A stretch of 64,000 nt of DNA from Sminthopsis crassicaudata (GCF_048593235.1 NC_133618.1:576370889-576434888), one strand, 5' to 3'. Shown: positions 26,341 through 49,181, counted from the first letter of the stretch. Program-made: numbers and translations. Notes: generated by a model not told the origin, from the letters alone.

Positions 26341-26499
26341 GTTTTCAGCATCAAAATATACATTCTTTGGGTGGAGCAAACGCAGGAAGGGAAAGGAGAG
26401 AAAAATTGGAGAGAAGTCTGTTCCCCGTAGGCGGGTGAGAAAGAAAAAACCTGTTTACAAGAACCCAGGACCCAGGAGTCCTATAACTGGGCGAGGGTG

Positions 26500-27900
26500 T
26501 ATCCGCAAGGAGCCTTTAGATTCCCTTCCGTATTGGATGCAGACCAGAACCGATCGGGGTTAGGCTGCCACCGCGTGCCTCCGTTTCTCCAATACGACCA
26601 AAGATGTAAGTCAAAGTGCAGGAGGCAGCGCGGGCCACCAGGGGGCGCAGCTCCGATGCGGAGGTTCCGATGAACAATAGTGCGAGGTCCCTGGAGATAT
26701 CGGAGAGAAAAGAACCACTGCGGCTCGTGCCTATGCCCCAGGAGCAAACCATCGAGAAAGCCACGGAAGGTGTCTTCCTGGCGGGCACTAATGAACGCAG
26801 GTCGCACCCCCTAGATCGGACAACCAGTGGTTAAGAGACGTGCTAGGGCCGAACCCTGTGCCCGGGCGGGCAGGATTCAAGCCTGTCTGGTCCGGTGGCC
26901 CGGCTCGGCCCGGAGCCGGCGTTGGAGCAAGCCGGGCTCCCTCGGAGGCCTACCCGCCCCCTATTTAACGCGATAGGAGCCTGGAGCGGCCTGCCGGAGG
27001 GGGGCGTGGCCCGAGCTGCGGCGGTGACCCCGGGGTCAAGAGTGCTTGGTGAGGCAGGCGGGGCATCTCGCCGAACGGAGGTAGCGGGCTCTTTCCCAGC
27101 CCCATCCTGCCCTCCCCCCGGCTCCGCCCCAGTGCCGAGCCTGTCACGCCCCTGCCCCGCCCCCTCCGGGCCGGGGCTGTGCTGCTGGAGCCGTAGTGTC
27201 CGTGTAGCTATGGACCCGGATTTAGGACCAGAAAGGTGTGTATGAGAAGGGAGGTGGAGGATGAGGGGCGGGGGTGTCGACCTTCCCTCCTACGGCCTCC
27301 GGGTTTGGGTCTGGCGACAGGGTCGGGCCTTGGCCAGGTTGGGCCCCATCGGCCGGAGCCGAGGCCGCAGGTGCGCGGACCAGAGTGGGCCGGGACCTGC
27401 GGTGGGAGGCGGGAGCAGAGCGGGGCCGCAGCAGGTGCAGGCTTAGAGAAGCCGGAGTCCGCACCCTTGCCCGCCCGCCGCGGCGCGGAGCAGCCCCTAG
27501 GAACGGAAGGGTGTAGGGGGCTTGCGAGGTTGCTGCCTCTGCGTGGTGTGGGAACCGGGGGCTCGGTGGGCAAGGTAGGGTACTTCTCAAGATCTGGGTT
27601 AAGTCCAGGGCCGGGAGGACAGGAGGAGGAAACGGCTTCAAACTGCAACGGCAGGGATTGAGGTCATCTGGGAGCCCCAAGTGGGCCGTGAGGGACCAAC
27701 TCCACGTGGGGGGGCGTCTTCGCCGAGGCCGGGAGGAAGGGACGGGCTGCTGACCCGCTTCTGTCCGGGGTCACGGACGGGATGCCGCTGAGATGCCCGG
27801 TTTATTAAGGAAGGTCATGCTTGGGGGAGGGGAGGGGAGGGGAGGGGTCCAGGCCCCAGACTTGTAAGGCCACCTGCAGCTGGATACAGCGGGTGGGGGG
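26500..27900 (+). promoter_or_regulatory. SEMA4G: CpG-island promoter of SEMA4G with probable first exon ending at 27235
   Basis: CpG-rich. GC box 26953-26960, TATA-like CTATTTAA 26961-26968, further GGGGCGGGG boxes, donor GAAAG|GTGTGT at 27235/27236. Confidence 0.7.
26635..26648 (+). promoter_or_regulatory. CTCF-binding site
   Basis: CCACCAGGGGGCGC is an exact match to the canonical CTCF core, at the edge of a CpG island. Confidence 0.7.
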
Positions 27901-28984
27901 AGGGGAAGACCCTGGCAGAACCGTAAGGGGCTGTGCTTCCAGAACCCCTGCAGGGAAGTCCCTGTGACTGGCCCATCCCTGCAGGCACTTGCGAGGTAGA
28001 GGTTCCTCCTCACACCGAATTCCAAGAATCTTTTTTAGTAAAGGATCGTCCTGGAGGCTCTGGTGACTTTGGGTCCCAGACCAGAAGCTCTGCCTGGGGA
28101 AAGAAGCAGAGCCCTTTAATACTAGCTCTACTCTCATCCCTTCCCAAGTATTCCCAATTTATTCCCATCCCCTTTCCCCTCCTCACTAGCCCCTTCTAAC
28201 CCGACTGCGTGTCTGGGTATTGACACCATCTGAACACGAGTTCATGCTTGCGTGTGCATATTCATGCATGTACAGAGACTGCTTGCATTTATACGTACTT
28301 GTGTAAGCATGTGTCTGTGTATGTCACGTATGTGTCCGGTCCAAAGCTGCTCATGTCCAATGGTACTGGGCTAACTGTACACCCTCCTTCAGCAAACAAC
28401 CACACCTCCCCAGGTCTTCACCCGTCCCAACCTTTGCCCTTTAATTAAACTCCATTGGTCCCCACACACATGGTATGATCTGCTTCCCCACTTCCCTCCC
28501 CCATCCCAACTCCCCAAGGCTGTTCCTGCAGCTTCTCCCCCTCCTCCAGGGCATGCTGGTTAATGTTTACTGGAGCAAAGGACCCAAGCCCATGGGATTG
28601 GCTGTGTGGTGATCTTCCTGTTGGCTGGGGTTCCAGGCATTATCCCCCTCTGTTTATTTCTCCTTCTAACCCCTTTGTTTATCCTCTGCCTCCAATTCTT
28701 CCCAACCCTCCATCCAAGAGGACTGGAGGGCCTAATGCTATGCTTTGTATAGAGGCAGGTTAGGTGGTGCAGTGAGCAGAATGCTTTGGCTTGGACTCTG
28801 GAAGACCCCAGTTCAAGTGTGTCCTCAAACACTAGCTGGGTGACCCCCGTGCAGGTCACTTAACCTTTGCCTCAGTTTCCCAAACTATAAAATTGGGATG
28901 ATAATAGTATCATGAGCTTATGCTCAGAGGTGCCCACCCCAATGCCTCTGGAGGGGGGGAGAGGAGACAATAAGAAATATCACT

Positions 28985-29107
28985 GGGGGGCAGCTAGGTG
29001 GCGCAGTGGATAGAGCACCAGCCCTGAATTCAGGAGGACCCGAGTTCAAATCAGCTCTCAGACACTTAACACTTCCTAGCTGTGTGACCCTGAGCAAGTC
29101 ACTTAAA
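28985..29107 (+). mobile_element. Young WSINE1-like SINE
   Basis: Near-consensus with CpGs intact; flanked by ATATCACTGG and ATATCATTGG. Confidence 0.85.
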
Positions 29108-29469
29108 AAACATATCATTGGAGAGTACTGGCCTCCTTTCCCCTAGGGGTTCCATGTGGATCAGAGTCCAGCTGGCTCCCTACGAGGAATTTTAGGCCCC
29201 AACCAGTAGTATGCCCTTAATTTAGGCTCCCTGTGCAGACCTTGGTGTGCATGGGCATACATATATGGAAATAATCAATACATGGCTAGACACATGAAAT
29301 TCAGCTAGGGACTGTTACAGAGAGGAAAGGCTACTGTATCCCCGGTACCACAGTTACTTTTCTATGGGACCCTGGTCAAATCACTAAGTTTCTCCAACCT
29401 TCAATTTCTTGAAATAATGGTGCTTGAATTATGTCCCTCACAGGAGGAGGAAAGGACTTTGAGTAAAGC

Positions 29470-29815
29470 TCCTCCGGACCCCACCTTGACTTCTGTCTCC
29501 ATTTGCTCAGGCTGGAGGGGACTGTGTCCTCATCTCTCTCTGTTCAAGTCTTCCCCTGGCTTCATGGCCCATCTCAGGTGTTACCGTCTCCATGTCACCT
29601 TCTCTGAATCCCCCCATCCCCCAGGTAGGACTTCTCCTTTGCACCTATCTTTCTTTTATCTTGTTGCTTGTTGTGCATGTATCTTTACTCCATTAGATTG
29701 CAAGTTTCTTGAGAGCAGATTCTGAGTCTCATCTCATCTCTTTTTATTTCCATTGTATTAGATACCAGAGTGCCTTGCACAGAGTGGGTGTCTAATATGA
29801 ATGAATGAATAGTGA
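29470..29815 (+). mobile_element. L2 3'-end fragment
   Basis: CCCATTAGATTGCAAGTTTCTTGAGAGCAG...GTGCCTTGCACAGAG...TGAATGAATGAAT terminus. Confidence 0.6.
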
Positions 29816-30286
29816 TAACGAACATTTTCTGGGGTTTTGGTCTGTGGAGGAAACCATACAGGTCCTGTTTTTGGAAGGCAAACAACCTAAGACGGGGGAG
29901 GGGTAGTAAAGATAAAAGAAAACATGTATGTAATAAAGCATCAAGTGATCAGTGCCAGGAGAAAGCTTAGTAGACTATTATGGAGGTTCATAGGGAAGAA
30001 AGTCACTTCTCTCTGAAGATCAGGGAAGACTTTTTGGAACTACATATCTGCAGATTTACAGGGATGCATACTTTGTATGAACACATGCAGATGGGTGTGG
30101 GGCAACACATCCAGTGTGAATAGGCACACAAAATTCTCTGACCATAACAGGTGATTAATAAATGGTGTTGAATGAATGAATGAAGGGGTAAATATGGCTC
30201 AGAGTCCCTGGCCAGGTAATCAAAAACCTTGGATTTGAGTTGCAATTGTGTTGTTATGTATCTTCGGACAAGGTACTTCTCTCTAG

Positions 30287-30471
30287 AAGCTCCTAAGTTC
30301 AAATCTTGTCTCAGACACTAGCCGAATAACCCTAGGCAAATCACTTAGGATTGTTTGCCTCAGTTTCCTCATCTGTAAAATGAGTTGGAGAAGAAAATGA
30401 CAGTAAAGTATCTTTGCCAAGAAAACCCCAAATGGGGTCAAGAAGAGTCAGGCATGACTGCAAATGATTGA
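30287..30471 (+). mobile_element. MAR1-like CORE SINE inserted in an older MIR
   Basis: CTCAGTTTCCTCATCTGTAAAATGAG...TTTGCCAAGAAAACCCCAAATGGGGTCA. Flanked by TTCTCTCTAG (30277-30286) and TTCTCTTTAG (30472-30481), a probable TSD. Confidence 0.65.
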
Positions 30472-31180
30472 TTCTCTTTAGGCCTCAGTTTTCTACTTTT
30501 GATAGGAACTGGATGATCTGTAAAGTCCCTTCCAGGACTAATGTTCTATGATGAGTCAGAGGCTCTAATTTAAAAAAATTAAAAATAAAAATAAAAAATC
30601 CATACCTGAGCAAAGGGAGATAAATAAAAGGACAAAATAAAAGGCATTTAGGTGACACAGTGGATAGAGCACCAGCCCTGAAGACAGGAGGACTCGAGTT
30701 CAAATCTGGTCTCAGACACTTAACACTTCCTAGCTGTGTGACCCTGGGCAAGTCACTTAACACTAATTGCTTCAGCAAAAAAAAAAAAAGACAAATTAAA
30801 ACTCATAGTGGCAAAAGGCTCAGAGTCTGCAGATTTCCATAGTGTTGTGTGGGTATGGTTGTATGGTTGTGGGTGTGTGAAAATGGAGAGATTGTAGAAT
30901 TAATTCTTGGAACAGATTAATTAAACTGAGGCTCTATTATAGTATGAGAGTCAGTGCTTTTCCCTTTTTATTTTGTGGACACAGGATCGTAGAAAGCCAG
31001 GACACACCTGAATGTGACCACGACTCCCAGGGCCCCAGTTTCCCTGGACTGTGAACCCTTATAATTTTGTGACACCATCTCCCCACCACTGACTTCCCCT
31101 TTACTCTTTTCCTAGTCCCCCACTCACGAGGCTCCTGGGGGCTCTCTTGGATCTGAGCTATCCTTGGGTCCCCCAGGAAG

Positions 31181-38333
<7,153 letters not shown>

Positions 38334-40040
38334 CCCACCCACCACCCAGTTCCTGTTTACCCTGGTCTCTACCCCTGGCCTCCTGGCCTGGGTCCTTCCT
38401 TTCCCTCTCCCCAATCCCTACCGGCCTTCCAGCTCCTAACTTGCCCTCTCCAGCCTCCAGAGCTGACTTCTAGACTGACACCCTCCGTTCAAGCAGGTCC
38501 TTTAGCCGTTAGCCTTCTAGGCCTTAGTCCTACTCAACTCCTACTACAGGGGTTCAGGTCATCATTGCTCTGTACCACATAGCAAAACATCTACCCATGT
38601 CCCATTTGAGACCACCCTCCAAAATGACTGAATGGGGCCATCAGTCAGGGGTCTAGGCCCCTAGGCTTTTAGCCATCCCTCAACCACCCTTTGCAGAACC
38701 TGTGACCTCAAAGAGTGAGCTACAGAGAGGTAGGTCTGCTTGTGAAGCACCATCCCCAATTCCTAAACAAAGGGGTGGGAGGTAGCTGGAAGTCTTCCAC
38801 TTCTTCCCCAAAGCTGCGAAGAAATGTGGGGGCAGTAGGCATGTAAACAGGGTCTGTTGCCCAGTGATTGCGCTGCTTCAGAGCGCCCCTGTCTCTTTCC
38901 AGCATTGTGGCTGCATGGTGGGCTGCAGGCAGAGGGCAGCTGCAACAGAGCCTCCATGTTTGCTATCTGCTTCCCACCTCCTGCCTCGGTGCTGAGTTCT
39001 AATGGTGACTGGAGAAGTCTGAGACCCTGCTCCCAACACTGCCCAATAACCCTTTTCTATGCTGGATAGAAGGTCTGGCAGTACAACTACCTGAGCAGCG
39101 TGTGTGCTTGTGTGTAAAGAAGTATGCCTGGTGTGCATGTGTGTCTGCCAGGTGATGCAAACCTTCCCCACCTTCTCCTATAGGCACACTTGGGTATTTC
39201 TTTAGTCCAGGAGCACATGCTGAGCTCAGTCCCATCCAGTTCTTCGATCCTGGCTCAGGGCCTTGTCTCCAAGTCCGGCACTGAGAGGAAGCAGCACGTA
39301 GCTCTGTGCACACCTCACATACCTGCTCACACTTATACATGCTCATAAACAAGGTCATACATGCACACCCTGAGCCCCCCAGGCTCTGCCAAGAATGAGA
39401 TGGTGGCTGCACTGTCCCTCCCTTCATTGCCTGGGGTTCCCAATCTGTTTCTGACATGTCTGGTCCATGGACATTTCATGGGAGTGACTCCCCCCAAGAC
39501 CATCTCCCTACCACTCCCACTGAAACTATGCAAAGGGCAGGTAGTAGGCAGGCTGGGAGGTGGGATTCCTTGGTCCTGCCTCTGTCCTACTTCACTGTGG
39601 TGCTGTAGGGGTCCTTGGGTCAGTGAAGGTGAGACCCCAGAATGAGATGGGACAATCAAAAACCCCTAATTGGGGTTGTTAACCCCTTTGGGCCAGGACA
39701 ATGACTGTTATTGATGCTGGGAGAGAACCCAGGACTACCATGTTTTTACTGCCCTTCAAACAGCACTATGAACCCTTCCCTTCCTTCAGCCAAATGTATT
39801 TATTATGAGAACCATGGAAGGGCTCTATTTTATTACTAGCTCCTGGGGGAGGGCAGAGTAGGGCAGAGGGCAGATAGCTGAAGGGTCAGCTGAGGAGGGG
39901 GGTGGAACTTAGGCTCATCTCCCCACTTCCTTCCTGTTGGTCAGTAAATAATGTCCTCTAAACTTCGTGGTCCTTGTCCAGTTCATACAATGGAACTCCT
40001 CAGCCTAGTGGGAAATAAAACAAATGTCCTGCTGCAAGAA
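38334..40040 (+). other. SEMA4G: SEMA4G 3'UTR to probable poly(A) signal
   Basis: AATAAA at 40014-40019; a more distal AATAAA lies at 41403-41408. Confidence 0.5.
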
Positions 40041-40504
40041 TCTACTCTCAGAGCACAGCAGCGTTTACCAGGTTCTCAGTGATCTCCATACAGTTATTTA
40101 GATTCTGGCCGGTGGTGCCACAAAGTCACACTATTAGCTTCCATGGAGGGGCTAAGGCAGAGAAACTTGGCATCAAGGAACAAGAAGTCCCTCAGGAGAA
40201 ACGTTTAACAACCTCCTGGGTTCCATCTGTGCCCAGTTCACATAATGGTCAGCCCAACTTAATGTGTTCTAGGCCTGCAGTTGCAAAGGTGCTGAACTTA
40301 ATACTGAATACCTACAGAAACTTTCAGTTTCTAATCTTCACAGGAGGTCCTGGGGTGGGAGCAAAACTGAACAAGTAAAGGTTCAAAAAAATCCAGATCC
40401 AAATTTCTGATTACCTTCCTTAGGGTAGCGGAAAAGATTATAGAACTACACAATTCATATCAATTCATAGAATTTATCACTAAATGGAATCTTGAAATTT
40501 TTCT

Positions 40505-40508
<4 letters not shown>

Positions 40509-40543
<35 letters not shown>

Positions 40544-40560
40544 CACACACACACACACAC
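40509..40560. repeat. (TA)n(CA)n microsatellite; others: (TG)n ~8243 and ~20895, (TA)n ~12968, CT-rich tract 18465-18570
   Basis: Directly visible. Confidence 0.95.
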
Positions 40561-40589
40561 TTGCACATACACCATATATATACACACAT

Positions 40590-41230
40590 GAATGTCCTAG
40601 ATACTTTGAAAAAATGCTAAAATGATGGAAAGACAGAAATGCTGTACCTGCCTTAAAGGAGCTCACCTAGTGAGGCAAGCAACTGGGCACATACTCCTCG
40701 TTTAGATAGAAGGAAGAGGAAAGCTGGGCACATTGCTAGAAAGACTTTCAGAAGTGACATCTGAGCCTTGGAGTCAAGCAGGTGTTGGGTGTGGTTAGTG
40801 ACTCTGGATGGCAGTCTGGTGCTAGGGCCTTGGCCTGGACTAGTGGGAAAGGCTGTGAATGTCAAAAGGTTTTCTGTTTGATTCTAGAGTTTACAGGGAG
40901 TCTACTGAGTGGGCGTGTGACATGGTCAGACTCTAGTCAAACCCATTTTGGCAATTTGGCAGAGGCCTGAAGAGAGAGGCAGAGCTCCAGATCGGCAGAT
41001 GATGAGAGCCTGTGCAGAAAGGTGCCTCTGACTAGAGAGATGAGGTAGCAATAGGGAAGGTGGGAAGAGTATAGACAAAACTAGAGCTCTATTTAGCTCT
41101 ACTTAGTGTGAGAGGCCTGCAGGTCGGGAAAGTCTGGGGCTAGATACAAATGGGAATCATCTGTAGGCAAGAATCCACAAGATTCCAAAATGTAATGGGT
41201 ATAAGGAGATCGATTCTAAGTGATCAGCTG
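40590..41230 (-). mobile_element. Degraded L2 fragments between SEMA4G and MRPL43
   Basis: ACCTGCCTTAAAGGAGCTCAC, GGAAAGACTTTCAGAAGTGACATCTGAGC and GGGCTAGATACAAATGGGAATCATC L2-like pieces. Confidence 0.5.
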
Positions 41231-41414
41231 ACATGAAGTTCTAGCTGCTTCTGGAAATCAGATCTTTGCTTAGAAGTCCAGTGTCCTTCCTAACTGTCCC
41301 CAAATCATGATGCCAACAGCTGGGGAGGAGGCTGGTGGGTGGGTGGGGTGGGGTGGGGTGTGGTGGCTGGTGGTGAAGGAAGACGCAAGGCGGCTCTGAG
41401 GAAATAAATAGGTT

Positions 41415-42163
41415 TTATTGTTGTTTCTGCTGAGGGCTGTTGGCAACGGCTTCCCTGCCCAGCTGGGGGGGTCTGTTAGTAAAGGGGTGCCACTGGCCCT
41501 GGATGCTCGGGTTGTATGTGTGGTAGGGTTTGCGGATACGAATCACATCCAATCCTGACTGGTCGGCGAGCTTCTGGATCAGCGCAGCCACCTCGTCCGC
41601 CGTCTTATTACCCAGAGATACCTCCTGTACGGAGCCGTTCACTGCGGCCACGGGGGATGGGGCACAGAGGAAAGAGACCCTCAGGTCCGCCGGAAGAAGA
41701 GGGCACGGGGGCCCGACCCCTACCCCTCGCCACTCCCCATGCCTTCAAGTGACCCCCAAAGCCCGGGCTCCCGTCCCCCTCTCAGGACTCACAGTACTCC
41801 GCCACCACCTGTGGCACATGGCATTTCTTCGCGGTCACGTACAGCACGACCCCCGGGTTTCTCCGAGCGAAGTCCGTCACGTGCTGCTCGACAAACTCCC
41901 TGCGGGCGGAAGGGCAAACGCGCGTCAGGACACTTGGAACCTCCAGCCTTGTCCCGGCTGGGGTTCCATCGCCAGGGACCGGCGGAAGGTGTTCCTGGGG
42001 TCAAGGATCATCGGTGGGCGAGCAGCCCCCACCTGGCGCCGCGGGACGAAGGCGAGTCGCGGCTGACCCTAAGGCTAAGGCGTTGCAGCTGCTGTACGTA
42101 GCGCCCCAGTCCGTTGTGTAGGACGCTGCCCAGGAAGCGGCTCGGAGTGCCGCGGGCCGTCAT
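41415..42163 (-). CDS. MRPL43: Mitochondrial large-subunit ribosomal protein mL43, 154 aa
   Basis: Exons 42033-42163, 41793-41899 and 41415-41641 total 465 nt in frame: [29 protein letters not shown]...[18 protein letters not shown]...[30 protein letters not shown]. Confidence 0.97.
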
Positions 42164-42750
42164 GACAACTACCGCGAGTGGGGAAGCCGAAACTCCCGGA
42201 ACCTAGGCAGCGAGAGCCGGAAGTTAGGGAGCGATGAAGCATTCTGGGAGAAGGAGGCGGGACGAAGGCACCCGACTTCCGGCGATGCGGCGGTCGCCCT
42301 CTATCTCCCAGAGTTTTGCTTCCGAGGTCGAAACTGTAGCACGCGACTTGTTTCCACGTTGTGTAGGCGTCTCTGGCTTGGACCGAGGAGATCTTGGGGA
42401 TGTTTGGGCGCTCCCTCGGAAAAGCTTCTGGGAGCCTTAGGGAATGGGAGTAGTTTGTAGAGCGGCTTGCCCTGGAAGGAAGGCCCGAAAGGGGAGAATG
42501 CCTGGAACGGGGGACTTAGGGTCGGGAGTTTAGGGAAGCCGGGAGAAGCAGGGTCATGACCTCAGGACCGCCTGTGAGAAGGGAGCTCCACTTGAAAAAG
42601 GCTATGCAAGAGCAAGGGTTCTGTGCCGAACGTGGCGCCGGGCACACAGCAGTGCTTAAGAAATGCTTCTGAGTGGTGGTAGGCCGGCTCTGCTGAGGAA
42701 GTCCAGGTATTATCGGCCCCTTTTCTCCGCCTTCGGGGAGCCAAGTAGAG
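42164..42750. promoter_or_regulatory. Bidirectional CpG-island promoter shared by MRPL43 and TWNK
   Basis: Divergent ATGs at 42163 (-) and 42751 (+). ETS/GABP motifs CCGGAAGT 42217-42224 and ACTTCCGG 42275-42282 in opposite orientations; ZNF143-like GCATTCTGGGAG 42239-42250. Confidence 0.85.
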
Positions 42751-46091
<3,341 letters not shown>

Positions 46092-46355
46092 CAGCCATGA
46101 TCAGAATAGTGTGGAGGCTGTGTTCAAGGAGCTTCCCAAATCTATTTCAGCTGTGAGTTTTCTTGCTTTTGTCAAGAGTTGTTGGTCAGGAACATCTCCT
46201 CATGTGCCTTGGGACATGGGAGCCAAAAGAATTGGCAGTTCTGGAAGAGAAGGCATTACCATGGGGCCAGCTCCAGGCCAGTGTATGATTCTGACCCCAA
46301 AGGAGGTAGTCAACAACCGGGAAGAAAACTCAAGTCGTGGGCTTTTTTCTAGAAA

Positions 46356-46361
46356 AATAAA
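46356..46361 (+). terminator. TWNK: TWNK poly(A) signal
   Basis: AATAAA about 265 nt after the TGA, followed by U-rich and GU-rich sequence. Confidence 0.65.
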
Positions 46362-46419
46362 CCTATTTTTGTAATACTTTGGGTTGTTTATCATCCTTTG
46401 TTCTCAAGGAGGATCAAAA

Positions 46420-48400
46420 TCATTATGTTGGAGTCAAGGTATAGTATTTCCAGTAGTAATAGCTCAGACCAATATGAGCTTGGAAGAGCACTACCACAAG
46501 TCTGGCACAAATAGTCCTTGTGAACATTTGGAGTGGAGATATCTCTAAATTCGCAGGTCTCATTTTTCTTTTGAGCTACTACAATTTTACTTTGCTCATA
46601 GAGCACAGCCTTCTTTGATGAGGGCATGCCATGCTAGGCAGTCATACTAGTATCTCCATGAAATCTTGAGAGTGGCCTTGTATTTTCTTTGGGCCTCCAT
46701 GCATGCATATGTTGTATAAGTTCTCTGTAAAATAGTTTTTTGGGAAAATGTATTTTTGGCATTCACATTCATGGCCAGCCTATCAGAATTGCCCTCTCTG
46801 CAGTGGATTTTAGATGCTTGGTAGTTTAGTGCAACAAAGGACCTTAGTGTCCAGTACTGTATCTTGCCGAGTGATCAGACTCTTCCTAAGACTGAATCAA
46901 ATGAAGCACTTCTGGCATGGACTTGTTATACTATGCAAACTTCTTCACAGGCATTCAATTATGAGGTCAGCACAACAGTTCTGTGCTTTCAGTTTGGTAG
47001 ACGGCCTACTAGCTCTACTCTCACATACCTTCCTTCAGAGTTTCACAAATACTGGCAAAGGGCACATCAACCTCATCTTATGTGTACATCACTGGAAAGT
47101 ATCCTACAAAGGAAAGTGAATTTACCCCACAGCATTCAAAATTTCTCCTCCATCTGCTATAACCAGTGGTTCCACACATGGATGGTATGGTGTTGGCTAG
47201 TGGAGAACCTTTGTTTTCTTGGTGGTGTTAGGCCAAAATCAGCACAAGCAGCAGAGAATCAATCCATACTTTGTTGCATTTTAGCTTCAGAGGCTTCGCA
47301 GCATGACTTTTAACAAGTCATGCAGCAACTCTCCCTCCACTACAGTCTTGGCTTGTGGCCTTTCAAGTTAAATAATTTACCATCAGTGCCACAGTTGAGC
47401 TTGATGTTTTCATTCTCTTGAAGACATTTGGCAACATTGCTGAAAACAGTATGGGAGGCAAGCACACAACTTTGCTTCTCTCCCCTGGTAATTGGGAAGT
47501 TCAAGAGCATCATCCATTAACTACAACTCATGGAAGCATGCTGTCATGAAATTGAAATACAAAACTAATGAATTCCAGGCAACCAAGTTTTGCCCTAATT
47601 TTTTCCACACGGCCTTCTGACAATTTTGAAGACCTTAGATCAACAGACATTGTTTATAGACTTCTGCTCCTATCCATCTTTTCTGGAGTTAAAGCTCATC
47701 TCAACCATTCCTTGGCTCTTTCTGAAGCCACACTGGCTCTTGGGTACCTGACCATCTCCCAGGGGAAGCATTAACTTATTAAGGACTCTGGAAAGAATCC
47801 TGGCTAGTAATGACTGAGACTCCCCTGTGATTATAGTGGGATAATTTATTCCCTTTGCCTTTATAAAAATGGACAGTAGAAATATCCTTGAACTCTTGGA
47901 GGATAATCTGTTTCCAAATAACCTGGAAGATTTCAATCAACTTTTGTATGACCCCTTGCCTTCCAAATCTTAGCATTAGGCACTTAGCTATACAAGAGGA
48001 GGCTAATGGCATTCAAAACCACTTCAGTGGGAAATCTGGCTAGAATGGCAAAATAGTAAGGATGATGTCTTTCGGATTTAAGAGAGGCAGAGTTGCAAAA
48101 TCGTCATTCACTTCCAGAGTCATCTGAGAACAGGGTCAAAACAAAGGCTATTGCCCAGGAGGCAGTGTATGCCGTTGGCAAGTTTAATGACTGACCAAGT
48201 TCTATGGGGAGCTTCAGTCATCTTCGTTGCCATTGGAACAAGTTGTTCTAATCCACCCATCCACCAGGGAAGTCTTTATATATTTGGGATCGACAACCCC
48301 TGTAACTTACGGAAGGGTTTGAGACTCCTTGGTTACCCTCTTAGCCACCTGTTTATGGCAATGTGGCTACTGAGCATGCTACAACTTCTTGCAAACATAG
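46420..48400 (-). mobile_element. Degraded RTE-clade LINE (RT region and flanks), approximate bounds
   Basis: Frameshifted minus-strand peptides IFQVIWKQIILQEFKDISTVHFYKGKGNKLSHYNHRGVSV and ILSRVLNKL..LGDGQVPKSQCGFRKSQG resemble RTE RT domains 0-2. Confidence 0.8.
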
Positions 48401-49064
48401 GGGAGAGTTGAGTGAGTCTAGTGGACAGCAAAGATGGATAAAGTTCCCTGAAAAGGGCTTTGCAGTTCTCACACCAGAGGTACCGGCCTAAACACACCCT
48501 GCCCCTGTTGACTTTTTTTATTTTAAAAGATGGATTTTTTAAGTTGTCTTGCTACATATAACCACCAGGTGTCAGCGATGCTCCCAATACCATGATGCCA
48601 AGGCCTCATCCTTGTTTCTTACTCTTAGGATGGAAAATGAGGGTGTCCCAAGCCCCTAATCTTAGGACCCTATATCAGTGCTTTCCAGCAGCCCCTTCAG
48701 CTAGATCCAGGTATCAGGATGGGGAGCCTCATCTATCTGATCCCACTAACTTGACTTTTCTTACTGTCCTGCCTTACCTTCCCATCATACCAGATGCAGT
48801 GCGGGGATGACACCAAGACAGTGTTCCTGATTCTTTCATAGGGCTGGGCTTAGCCACTAGAAGCTTGGTAGTTCTGGCTGATAAGCTCAGGATGGAGCCC
48901 CAAAACTATTAGCCTAGCTGTGGTGGAAGGGGGGGGAGGATGAAGACTATTTTTAGGTAGTCTTCAGAGATAGAGGTTTCTTTTCTTGTATATGAAGTCT
49001 GACAGAATAGAGCTGGTTTTTGCTAGGTCTCTTTGACAAGATCAGTTTTAATAATTTCTAGCCT

Positions 49065-49181
49065 AGGGGCAGCCATACAAAAGCTCAGGAGGACCTGAGT
49101 TGGCCTCAGACACTTAACACTTCCTAACCGTGTGACCCTGGGCAAGTCACTTAACCCCAGCCTCAGGGAAAATAATAATAA
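49065..49181 (+). mobile_element. Internally deleted WSINE1-like SINE
   Basis: 16-bp TSD TAATAATTTCTAGCCT at 49049-49064 and 49182-49197; (AAT)n tail. Confidence 0.85.

Noticed and set aside
26530-26594. 9-bp inverted repeat CGTATTGGA / TCCAATACG (opposed CCAAT boxes)
   Set aside because: Too short to separate from chance, and the stem does not extend.
26481-28200. Many overlapping ORFs on both strands
   Set aside because: Expected stop-codon scarcity in a CpG island; Pro/Gly/Arg/Ala-rich low-complexity translations.
38999-39659. Minus-strand ORFs as extra MRPL43 3' exons
   Set aside because: No convincing splice sites or similarity; MRPL43 already has a stop and poly(A) signal at 41415.
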